Shown piece by piece: positions 43,360 through 55,610 of a DNA stretch of 64,000 bases. A model generated the notes under the pieces. The model saw only the letters and a list, made by a program, of their open reading frames with translations. It was not told the DNA's origin and made no database searches. The translations under genes and the position numbers were made by a program. The first letter of the stretch is position 1, and each line of letters starts with the position of its first letter. The stretch lies in assembly GCF_009914755.1 (NCBI RefSeq), contig NC_060948.1; one strand, 5' to 3'. The stretch comes from the human T2T-CHM13v2.0 reference genome, Homo sapiens.

Positions 43360-44002
43360 AATAATATTAGAAATTTCTTAAGAATCGATAGCATTTTTAT
43401 TTCCATTTGTTGATCAAGTGGTTTCATGCTTACTCCTGTAGAATACTATACGATTTGCCATAAGGGTTATATAAGTATAATACCCAGCCCAAGACACAAT
43501 GATCTTTGCTTGCATAATTTTTGATAAATAAGACATGGAATGTTGTTGGTTTAATGAAAACAGCTAAATCTTGAGGTATTGGTAAAAAATACCCTTATAT
43601 TTAACTTTAAGTTTCTGAAGTAAATACCTGAAATTCACAGGTGTAAAAACAGTTAACAAAGAAATAACTTTAAATATTGAGTATCACAGTTTTTGTAAGT
43701 AATCTAGGTAAATGATTAATATTGAATAAATTAATCAGTTAAATGTAATTTAATAAATGCTTGTAAACAAACGTCATAATTTAGGATCTCAAAGTTATTA
43801 ATTGATATCAGGTATCTGAGTAATTTCCAATTTAAAAATTATAGAAAACCATTTTTTTAAAAAAGTTCTTATTAAAAGGCAAATATCTTTGTCTAATTAA
43901 AGGCTTATTTAAAGGTTATGTATAAAACAAGGTAAAAGTTACCATAAAATAAGAGATGTAAAGAAAGTTAAAGATATAAAGAAGTATTTTTGGTAAAGAA
44001 GA

Positions 44003-44471
44003 TGTGAACCCTGAAAATCTGAGACAGGTCTCAGTTAATTTAGGAAGTTTATTTTGACAAGATTGAGAATGTGCACGCAGGACACAGCCTCAGGAGGTCC
44101 TGATGACATGTGCCAAGGTAGTCAGAACACAGTTTGGTTTTATAGATTCTAGGGAGATATGAGACATCAATCAACATATGCAAGATGAACACTGGTCCAG
44201 TCTGGAAAGGCGGGACAACTCAAAGTAAAAGCAGGATGACTCAAAGTGGAGAAGGGGCTTCCAGGTCACAGGTAGATAAGAGACAAATGGTTGTGTTCTT
44301 TTGAGTTTCTGATTAGCCTCTCCAAAGCAGGCAATCAGGTATGCATTTATCCCAGTGAGAAGAGGGGTGACTTTGAAAAGAATGGGAGGCAGGTTGGGTC
44401 TAAGCAGTTCCCAGCTTGACTTTTCCCTTAGCTTAGTGATTTGGGGACCCCAAGATTTTATTCCTTTCACA
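44003..44471 (-). mobile_element. MER4A-like LTR, the 3' LTR of an opposite-strand provirus
   Basis: tgtgaaccctgaaaatctgagacaggtctcagttaattta...ccccaagattttattcctttcaca, with a purine tract immediately upstream on the minus strand. Confidence 0.88.
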
Positions 44472-45218
44472 ATTTCTTTCTTTTTAAAAATTTTTTGAAG
44501 AAAGCATTTTAGAAGAAAATGAGTCTCTGGTCTCAGGTTTCTTCTGATCTCACATGGCTAGGATGGTTTATTCCTAGACAGGTAGGTCATGAGTTATTAG
44601 GAAAGCTCGTTTTTATCAGGTTGTGAAGTCATGTCCTAGGAAGAGAACGTAGGGGAAGGAAGGAATAAAAACAACAAGCAAAAGAACAATACTGGAAAAT
44701 CAATATAGGCCACAAAACTCTGAAGTGCATTCATCATTAGGCAGGTATGAAAGTGGCTTATGTACGTAAATAGGCTGCTGTTATTTTCTTCTAAAATTTA
44801 AGTTGTCTAGCTATAGTTTGTAGGGCTTAATGAAAGCACAGCTTAGTTTTCAATGGTTTCAAGTTAGGAAAAATTGGGGGAAAAGGAAAAGAAAGAAGAA
44901 AAAATGAAAATATTATTTTAAAGATTTGTTGTCAGGAAAAATTATAATTCAGCCCAAACTGTAGAAAATAATAAAAACTGAAAAATGTTAGACAAGACTA
45001 GGATCTAACAACAGGTGTATTGTAGTTTTTGAAACATAATTTTTCTCTCTCCTGTTTCCCATTTTTACTAAAGTCAAATTATGGTAGAATCAATTTGCTT
45101 TATTATACTTGGCCATATTATTTGTATAAAGTGCAGCAAGGATAATTATTTTTTATATAGGCTTATTTACATTGGCTTTGATGGAACTTGGTTCAATAGA
45201 AAAAATCTCATGAGACTT
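44472..45218 (-). mobile_element. MER4-group internal 3' region (antisense)
   Basis: Abuts the LTR at the PPT position; contains gtataaagtgcagcaaggataattatttt...ggctttgatggaact. Confidence 0.7.
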
Positions 45219-45305
45219 TTTTCTTTTTTTTATATTAAAAGCATTTATTTATTTTACTTTAATTCTTCTAAAAAATGGGATACATGTGCAGAACATGTAG
45301 GTTTG
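45219..45305 (-). mobile_element. Very short L1PA 3'-terminal fragment
   Basis: T-rich tail, then gggatacatgtgcagaacatgtaggtttg. Confidence 0.7.
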
Positions 45306-46340
<1,035 letters not shown>

Positions 46341-46355
46341 TTTCTTTATTAATTT

Positions 46356-46455
46356 TTTATTCTATATACATTTTTCTCCTTTTTGAATTTGTTCCAAATG
46401 TATTTATTCTATGTACATTTTTCTCCTTTTTGAGTTTGTTCCACATGTATTTATT
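46356..46455. repeat. 47-bp tandem duplication
   Basis: tttattctat(a/g)tacatttttctcctttttga(a/g)tttgttcca(a/c)atgta occurs twice. Confidence 0.9.
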
Positions 46456-46687
46456 AATTATTGATTATCTCAGGATTTTGTAGGGTTTTGGGCACTTACA
46501 TGACTCAAAGTAAGATATTATCTGGGTGGTACACTAAATTATTTTATGACTATACAAACCTGCTTCAAAATATATTTAACCTTATAGTTTTAAGGCCATG
46601 TTCTATACAGTGATTTCTAACATTCCCAGTATGAATATTCTTATTTTATTTTACTTATTATGAAAATATGTTTTAAAATATAAATAT

Positions 46688-47063
46688 TGCTGTGGTTTGA
46701 ATATGTATCCCAAAGTTTATGTGTTTGAAACTTAACCCCCAAATTTATATGTTGATCATGTATAGATGGACGTAGGGCCTTTTGGAGGTAATTAGGGTTA
46801 GATGGGGTCCTGAGTGTGGGATCCTCATGATGGGTTAGTGACTTTATTGGAAGAAAAGGAGAGACCTGAGCTGGCACACTCTTGCCCTCTGGTGATGTGA
46901 TGCCCTCCACCATTTTACAATTCAGCAAGAAGGCACCTACCAGATGCCGGTGCCATGCTTGTAGATGTCCCAGGCTCCAGAACTGTGAGTTAAATGAAAG
47001 TATTTTATATATAAATTATCTAGTCTATGGAATAATGTTATGGCAACAGAAAATTACTAACAA
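46688..47063 (+). mobile_element. MST/MLT1A-type MaLR solo LTR (MSTC-like)
   Basis: tgctgtggtttgaatatgt...ggctccagaactgtgag...tataaattatctagtc. Confidence 0.8.
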
Positions 47064-47120
47064 GTGTATTTAGAGAATAAGGTACAAACCCAGGTATCCC
47101 ATGAAAAAACAAATGTTAAC

Positions 47121-48070
47121 TCTCTTAGTCTTTTTAGGCTGGTGGGTAGCTCATATATGACAGAAATTTGTTTCTTACAATTTTGGAGAGGGGGGTAATG
47201 TCCAAGATGAAGGCATCAGCAGATTTGGTGTCTAATGAGGGCCCACTTTCTCATAGGTGGCCACCTTTTCACTGTAAACTCACATACCAGAAGTGATGGG
47301 GAATCTCTCTTGGATCTCTTTTATAAGGGCACTAGTCTCATTCATGACAGTTTTACCCCCATACCTCCTACTACTATAAACTTGAGGGTTAGGATTTGAA
47401 CATATGAATTTTGCGGAGAATACAAACATTCAAATCATAGCATTTTCCCCTGATGCCCCTGAATTTTTGTCTTTCTTACCTACAAAATACATTCATGACA
47501 TCACCAAAGCCCCAAAAGTCTTCACTTCTTCCAGCGCCAACACAAAACTGTAAAGTACAAAGTCTCATCTGAATATCATCTAAATTGTTTGTGGGTGAAA
47601 TTCAAGGTAAGTTTTATTCTGTGAAACATTGCTCTCCAACAGTGAAATTGTAAAGTCAAACATGTTATGTGCTTCCAAAATACAGTGGTTAAACAGACAT
47701 AGGATAAGCATTCTTATTCCAAAATGGAGAAATATAAGAGAATAAAAACTAATAGTTTCCAAATAAGTATGAAATACAATAGGGCAAATAATTTTAAATT
47801 TTACAGCTTGAGAATAATCTTCTTTGGTTTAGTGCTTGCCCTCCAGGCCAACTGGAAATTGGAGATGGGCACACCTTCCAGACATACTGGGTCAGGGCCC
47901 AACCTTCTCTTCTGGACACACTGGAGTTGGGATCCTACCTTTTAGATACACTGGGATGTGTGGACCTGCCCCAATGCAAAGGGTGGCCCCACCACCATGT
48001 TAGATCTCTGTAGTCATCCCAATTCTGATGTGAATTTGTGTTTGAGTTGTATGCCCATGGATCCTCCAGG
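47121..48070 (-). mobile_element. MLT1A0-like LTR (47121-47442) plus adjoining MaLR internal sequence
   Basis: gtccaagatgaaggcatcagcagatttggtgtct...acaaacattcaaatcatagca, then internal motifs (ccccaaaagtctt..ttccagc, tgtgcttccaaaatacagtgg). Confidence 0.75.
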
Positions 48071-48077
48071 CTGGAAT

Positions 48078-48315
48078 CATGGATGGGATTAATGTCTATA
48101 AAAGGCTTCGGAGAGCTGCCTCTTTCTTTCTGCCCTTTCACCATGTTAGGGCACCTAGTCAGCATCAACCCTGAGAAGAGGGCCCTAAACAGACAACTGA
48201 CATGCTCATGCTTTGAACTTCAACTTCTCAGCCTCCAAAACTATGAGAAATAAATATTATTTATGGATTATGCAATCTGTGGTATTTTGTGACAGAAGCA
48301 TGAAAGAACCGAGAC
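48078..48315 (+). mobile_element. MLT1A-like LTR, 3' half
   Basis: atgggattaatgtctataaaagg...cttctcagcctccaaaactatgagaaataaat...ccgagaca. Confidence 0.7.
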
Positions 48316-48459
48316 ACTAGGACTATGGTGTTTCCTAGTTTCTGCTTTTTCTTAAATTTGTGTCCAGCAACACATACTCATCACTGGGGGAAAATTTTTC
48401 ATGTCTGCATTCTCCTTTATGATATTTTCTGTAAATTTCAGTCTTCTCTATTTTTCTTT

Positions 48460-50400
48460 GTACATTTTTTATTGTGGTAAAATGTACATAACTTAAAACT
48501 TACTATTTTAACTATTTTTAAGTGTATAGTTCAGTGGCATTGAGTGTATTCATCTTGTTGTTCATCCATCACTACATCCATCTCCAGAAATTTTTCTTCC
48601 TCTCAGGTTAAAACCCAATGTCCCTTAAACAGTAACTCACCATTTTCCCCTACTAACAACTGCTGGGAAGCATTGTTCTATTTTTCTTCTTTATAGATTT
48701 GACTACTCTAGTTACCTCTGAGGACTAAGCTCTGATTTTTTATCTTGCCCAAATTCCTTTCTAAGGGGTCTGGGGAGTCATGCCCTACAAACCATAAATT
48801 TTCATTAGATGGGTTTTATTTAACCCTGTATATTGTGACTTACTTTCCAAACTGACTCTGGCATAACAAGGGAACAATCTAAGCATTTTACCCCAAAATA
48901 TATTTCCTTATACCTAGAAATTGCCCTTCAAAGTCTCTTGGAAAAATTCATGTTCTATAGAGAATATCTTTTCCCCTTTGTTTTCTCTCCTTTCTTTCCG
49001 ATACAGGTGATAATCAACTAAAAGCCAGGAACCCTTTTAGGTTCAATAAGAAACATTTTACAACCTGCTCTCTCTCTCTCCGAAGTCTGCTATCTGAGAG
49101 ATTCCTCTGCACAATAAAACTTGGTCTCCACAATCCTTTATCTTAACCTGAACATTCCTTTCCATTAATCCCAGGTCTTCAGATAAACTCAACCAATTGT
49201 CAGCCAGAAAATGTTTAAATTTACCAATAGCCTGGAAGCCCCTGCTTTGAGTTGTCCCACTTTTCTGAACCAAACCAATGTATTTCTTAGGTGTATTTGA
49301 TGTCTCTTGCCTTCTTAAAATATATAAAACCAAGCTGTACCCCGACCACCTTGGGCACATGTTTTCAGGACCTCCTGAGGGCTGTGTCTTGGGCCATGGT
49401 CACTTATATTTGGCTCAGAATGAATCTCTTAAAATATTTTACTGAGTTAGACTCTTTTCATCGACACCTCATATAACTCTATTCTGTTGTTACTGGCTTA
49501 TTTTACTAAGTCTTACACACTGTATTTAAGGTTCATCTATGTTGTGGTATGTGTCAGAATTTCCTGTCTTTTTAGGATTAACAAGTATTCTCTTTTATGT
49601 TTATACCACATTTTGTGTATTCATTCATCTATGAATGAACACTTGCCTTGCTTCCGTTTTTTGGCTAATGTAAATAATGCTGTCCTAAACATAAATGTGC
49701 AAATATTTATTTGAACATTGCTTTAAATCCTTTTGGATATATACTGAGGAATAAAAGTGCTTTAATATATAGTAATTCTATGTTACATTATTTGAGGATT
49801 GGCCATACGGTTTTCATAGGGTCTTCACTGTTTTACATTCTTTTCAGCAGTCCAAAAGGGTTTCACCACATTATTACCAATATTTGTTATTTTCTGTTGT
49901 GTGTATGCCTGTGTGTGTGTTTCATAATAGTCATTAAAATGAGTGTTAGTTGGTTTATCATTAAGGTTTACATTTGCATATCTCTAAGGATTCGTTACCA
50001 TATTGTTTATCCTTACTATTGTACTGGCTATTTTGGATATTCTGCCTTTTCATATAAACTTTAGGATCAAGTTGCTGATAACCACCAAATAACTTGCAGA
50101 GATTATTGGGAAGAACTCACATCTTTAAAATATTTGTCTCCTATCTATGAACAGCAAATATTTCCAAATATACTAAGTTCTTCACTGATTTTGTTCAACA
50201 CAGTTTGTAAATTTCCTGTAAAAATCTTGTACACATTTTGTTAGAATTATACCTAAACATTTCATTTTGGAGCATGCTAACGTAATTGGTATTGTATTTT
50301 AAAATTCAGGTTGTTCTTGTTCGTTGCTGGTATATAGGAAAGTAATTGTTTTTTATATTAATCTTTCATTATATCCTGCAACCTTGCTATAATCACTAAT
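48460..50400 (-). mobile_element. L1MB3-like 3' end and further L1M ORF2 pieces, interrupted by MER4E
   Basis: ttattgtggtaaaatgtacataac...taagtgtatagttcagtggcattgagt; resumes after the LTR at cctcatata. Confidence 0.8.
48719..49466 (+). mobile_element. MER4E-like solo LTR with 4-bp TSD
   Basis: tgaggactaagctctgattttttatcttgcccaaattcc ... gactcttttcatcgaca. TSD cctc at 48715-48718 and 49467-49470. Confidence 0.9.
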
Positions 50401-50402
50401 CA

Positions 50403-50486
50403 GGCCAGGCATGGTGACTCTTGCCTATAATTCCAGCTGCTAAGGATGCTGAAGTGGGAATATAGATTGAGCCTGATAATCTCTCT

Positions 50487-50522
<36 letters not shown>

Positions 50523-50532
50523 ACACACACAC
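50403..50532 (+). repeat. Old Alu/FLAM 5' fragment followed by a (CT)n(CA)n microsatellite
   Basis: ggccaggcatggtgactcttgcctataattccagc...gagcctg, then ctctct and about 20 CA units. Confidence 0.75.
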
Positions 50533-52585
50533 AATTCCAAGGATGAAACCCACTTGATAATAATAAATTATTTATTTGACATGCTGTTGGATTGAATTTG
50601 CTAGTATTTTGTTGAGGATTTTGCATCTGTGTTCATCAAGGGTATTGGTCTGTGCTATCCTTTTGGCTGTTGTTGTTGTATCACTGCCTGGTTTTGGTAC
50701 AAAGGTGATACTGGATTTGTAGAATAAGTTATAGAGGGATCCCTCCTCTTCAATTTTGTTGAAATTATTTTGGTATCAGCTTTTCTATATACATTTGGTT
50801 AAAAACTGGCTGTGAGTCTGTCTGGTCCTGGCCTTTTATTTGCTGGAAGATTTTTTATTACTAATTTGATTTCATTGCTCAATATGGATCTGTTCAGAGT
50901 TTCTTTCTTCCTGGTTCAGTCTTGGAGGTTGTATGTTTCCAGCAAAATATCCATTTCTTCTAGGTTTTCCAGTTTGTGCATGTAGAGATGTTCACAGGAT
51001 TCTCTGATGATCTATTGTATTTTTGTGATATCAATTGTAATGTCACCTTTATCATTTCTTTTCTCTTTTTTTCCTAGTTTAGTCTAGCTCGCAGTCAGTC
51101 AATATTGTTTTTTCTTTCAAAGAACCAGATATACTGTTTCAAAGAAACAGATTATTTGGATGGTTTTTTTAAATTTAATTCTGCTGCATTCTCTGTTAAT
51201 TCTTTTTTTCCCCTAGCTTTTGGTTTTATTTGTTCTTCCTTTTCTATTTTCTTATGATGCAACCCTACATTGTTAATTTAAAATATTTTTAGCTTTTTGA
51301 TGTAGGTGTTTAATGCTATAAACTTGTTCTGAGCACTGGTTTTGCTGTATCCCAGCTGTTTTGGTGTGTTTTGTCTCTTTTCATTCTTGTTAAAAAAAAT
51401 TGTTGATTTCTGTCTTAATTTCATTGTTTAACCAGGAGACATTCAGGAGCAAGTTCTTTAGTTTCCATGTACTTGTTTAGTTTTTAAGAGTTCTTCTTGG
51501 AATTGATTTCTAATTTTTTCCACTGTGGTCAAAGTGGATGCTTGACATGATTTTGATGTTTTTGAATTTATTGAGATTTGGTTTTTTACCATGCATGTGG
51601 TAAATTTCAGGGGATATTCTGTGCACAGGTGAAAAGAATATGTATTGTGTGGTTTGGGAGTAAAATGTTCTGTAAATGTCTATTAGGTATATTTGGTCAG
51701 TAGTCCAGTTTATATCCAGAGTTGCTTTGTTGATTTTCTGCATCATTAATCTGGCTAGTGATGTCAGTTTGGTGTTGATATCCACTATTATTATTGTACT
51801 GTTGTTAATCTGTTTTCTTAGGTTGGGTCGTACTAGTTTTAATCTGGGTGCTCTGGTGTTGGGTGCATATATATTTAGAATAGTTAAAACTTTCTGTTGC
51901 GTAGAAACCTTTATGTTATAATGGCCTTCTTTGTCTTGTTTTCTGCTGTTGGCCTAAAATCTGTTTTATCCAATATAATAAAGATTACTCCTGATCACAT
52001 TTATTTTGCATTTGTGTGATTTTTTTTTTCCCACCCTTTTACTTTGAGTCCTAACGTACCTTGAAACAGTACATGGATCTCTTGTAGACAGCAGATGGTT
52101 GGGTCTTATTATCATTTTTTTAAATCCAATTTGCCAGTCTCTATCTTTTAAGTAAGCCATTAAGGCCATTTTCATTCAAGATCAATATTGATGTGTGAAG
52201 TTTTGTTCCTAAAGTAGTGAGATGTTTGCAAGTGAGATGTTTTAATTCTGTTTCAATTCTGCAGGTTTTTTTAATAAGATCTATGAGTTTTATAGCTGTG
52301 TGTGCTTTTCTGATGGTGATTGTTATCCTTATGTTTCCATGTTTAAAACTCCTTTAAGCATTTCTTGTAGGAATGGTCTTGTGGTGACATATTTCCTTAG
52401 AGTTTACTTGTCTGAGAATGACTACATTTCTCCTTCGTTTATGAAGCTTAGTTTGACAGCACAGAAAATTATTAGCTGATATTCTTTTCTTCTTCTCTAA
52501 GGAGGCTAAAAATAGGTCCCCAATCTCTCCTGGCTATTAGGGTTTCTGGTGACAATTCTGCTGTTAATCAGAAAAGTTTTACTTT

Positions 52586-55500
52586 TGGATTAGTGCATTC
52601 TAACATGGCTGTAAAAAATACCAGAGACTGGATAGGTTATAAAAAAAAAAAAAAAGAGGTTTAATTGCCTCATGGTTGCATGGTTACATGATACTGGTAT
52701 CTTATCACTCCTGGAAAGGCCTCAGGAAACCTCCAATCATGGTGAAAGGCAAAGGGGAAGCAGGCTTGGCTTATATGTCCAGAGTGGGAGTAATAGAGAG
52801 AGGAGGAAGGTGCCAAAATCTTTTAAACAACCAGATCTTAGAAGAACTCACTATCACAAGAAAAGCACCAAAAGGATGGTGCTCTCATTCATGAGAAACC
52901 ACTGCCATGATCCAGTTACCTCCCACCAGGCCCTTCCTCAAACACTGGTGGCTACAATTCTACATGAGATTTAGGTGAGGAAACAGATCCAAACAATATC
53001 ATCCTGCCAATGGCCCCTCCAAATCTCATGTTTTTCTCACGTGTCAAAATACAGTCATGCCTTTCCAACAGTCCCCCAAAGACTTAACTTATTCCAGCAT
53101 TAATGCAAAAGTTCACAGTCCCAAGTCTCATATGAGACAAGGCTAGTCCCTTCCACCTATGTGATTGCAAAATAAAAGAAAAAAAAGTCAGTTACTTGCA
53201 AGATACAATGGAGGGATAGGCATTGGCTAAATAGTCCTGTTCCAAAAGGGAGAAATCAACCAAAAGAAAGAGGATATAGGCTCCATGCAAGTCTTAAACC
53301 CAGAAGAGCAGTCATTAAATTTTAAAGCTCCAAAATAACCTCCTTTGACTCCATGCTCCACATCCAGGACATACTGATGCTAGGGGTGGGCTCCCACATC
53401 CTTGGGCAGCTCTACCCCTGTGGCTTTGCAGGGAACAGCCTGTGCAGCTGCTCTCATGGGCTGGTGCTGAGTACCTGTGGCTTTTTCAGGTGCATGGTAC
53501 AAGCTGTCAGTGGCTCTACTATTCCACGATCTGGAAGACAGTGGTCATCTTGTCACAGCTTCACTAGGCAGTGTCTCAGTGTGGACTCTGTGTGGGGGAT
53601 CCAACCTGACATTTCCCCTCCCACTGCCCTAGTAGAGGTTCTCTATGAGGGCTCTGCCCCTGCAGCAGGTTTCTACCTGGACATCTAGACTTTTGCACAC
53701 ATCCTCTGAAATCTAGTAGTAGACTCCCTAGACTCAGCTCTTGCACTCTATGGACCGTATTTAACTCTATGGACTCTATTTAACACCTTGTAGCAACTGT
53801 CAAGGCTTATAGGTTGCACCCTCTGCAGCAGCAGCATGAGTTGTACCTTGGCCCCTTTTGGCCATGGCTGGAGCTGGAAAGGCTTGGATACAGGGATCAG
53901 TGTCCTGAGGTCGTACAGGGTGGCGGGGCCCTGGGCTTGGCCCTCCAAACCATCTTTTCCTCTTAAGCCTCTGGTCATGTGATGGGAAGGGCTGCCATGA
54001 AGGTCTGTGAAATGGCTTTGAGGCCTTTTCCCCTTTGTCTTGGCTATTAGCATTTGCAATCTTTTTAGTTATGCAAATTTCTGCAGCCTGCTTGAATTCC
54101 TCCCATGAAAATGGGCTTTTCTTTTCTAATGCATGACCAAGCTGCAAAGTTTCAAAATTTTATGCTCTGCTTCCCTTTTAAATATATGCTCCAGTTTTTC
54201 ATCATTGCTTTGCTCACACTTATGAACATAGGCTGTTAGACATGGCCAGGTCATACCTTGAATGCTTTGCTGCTTAGAAATTTATTCCACCAAATACCCT
54301 AAACCATCACTCTCAAGTTCAAAGTTTTACAGATCCTTAGGGCAGGTGCACAGTGCCACCAGGTTCGTTGCTAATGCATAACAAAAGTGATCTTTGCTCC
54401 ACTTCCCAATAAGTTCCTCATCCCCATCTGAGACCTCGTCAGCCAGGACTTCATTGTCCATATCACTATAGGCATTTTGGTCACAACAATTTAACAAGTC
54501 CCTAAGAATTTCCAAGTTTTCCCTCATGTTTGTCTTCTTCTGAGCCCTCCACAATCTTCCAACATCTGCCCATTATCCAGTTCCAACATTGCTTTGATAG
54601 TTTTAGAAATCTCTATAGCAGTGTCCCACTACTTGGTACCAATTTTTTGTATTAGTGTGTTCTCACATTGCTATAAAGAAATACCTGACACTGGGTAATT
54701 TATAAAGAAAAAAACTTAATTGGCTCACAGTTCTGCAAGCTGTACAGGTAGCATGATGCTGACATCTGCTTGGCTTCTGGAGAGGCCTCAGGAAACTTTC
54801 AATCATGACAGAAGGTAAAGGGGAAGCAGGCACATCTTACATGGCCAGAGCAGGAGCAAGAGAGAGAGGCAGAAACTGCCACACCCTTTTAAACAATCAG
54901 TTCTCATAAAAAGTCGCTTTCACAAGAATAGCAACAAGGGGATAGTGGTAAACCATTCATGAGCAATGTGATGGTTAATACTGAGTGTCAACTTGATTGG
55001 ATTGAGGGATACAAATTATTAGCCCTGGATGTGTCTGTGTGGGTGTTGCCAAAAGAGATTAACATTTGATTCAGTGGGCTGGGGAAGGCAGATCCACCCT
55101 TAATCTGGTGGGCACAATCTAATCAGCTTCCAGTGAACATAAAGCAGGCAGGAAAACATGAAGAAACGAGAGGGGCGAGCCTCCCAGCCTACATCTTTCT
55201 CCCATGCTGGATGCTTCCTGCTCTTGAACATCAGACTCCAAGTTCTTCAATTTTGGGACTCGGACTGGCTCTCCGTGCTCCTCAGCTTGCAGACAGCCTA
55301 TTCTGAGACCTTGTGATCATGTAAGTTAATATGGAATATATTATATATATGTTATATAGGAGCTGTGCCAAAATGACCACTGTCTTCCTGACCCTGGAAT
55401 AGTAAAGCCACTGACAGCTTGTATAGTTTTATATATATGTATAGTTATATATATATATATATATCCTATTAGTTCTATCCCTCTGAGAGAACCCTGACTA

Positions 55501-55610
55501 ATACAAGACACTTCTGCCATAATCCAATTACCTCCCACAGACCGCAACTTCAACACTGAGGGTTATAGTTTCACGAGATTTGGATGAGGACACAGATTCA
55601 AACCATATAA
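52586..55610 (-). mobile_element. Complete MSTA-like MaLR provirus (LTR 52586-53001, internal 53002-54647, LTR 54648-55610) with 5-bp TSD
   Basis: Two MSTA LTRs (ggcctcaggaaac...aatcatg; cagatccaaac(a/c)atatca) flank a THE1/MST-type internal sequence. TSD acttt at 52581-52585 and 55611-55615. Confidence 0.92.
54967..55505 (+). mobile_element. MLT2A1 (HERV-L) solo LTR nested in the MSTA LTR
   Basis: tgtgatggttaatactgagtgtcaacttgattggattgagggatacaa ... (TA)n cctattagttctatccctctgagagaaccctgactaataca. Confidence 0.92.

Larger units (their letters stand above)
40101..44002 (+). mobile_element. MER4-group internal sequence (non-coding), interrupted by MER52 and THE1C
   Basis: Directly follows the LTR and PBS. 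Contains MER4-int-like motifs (ggtctttgtgcacatttac, caagttcacatgacttaagtaaaatctttaataaataag). Confidence 0.75.
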
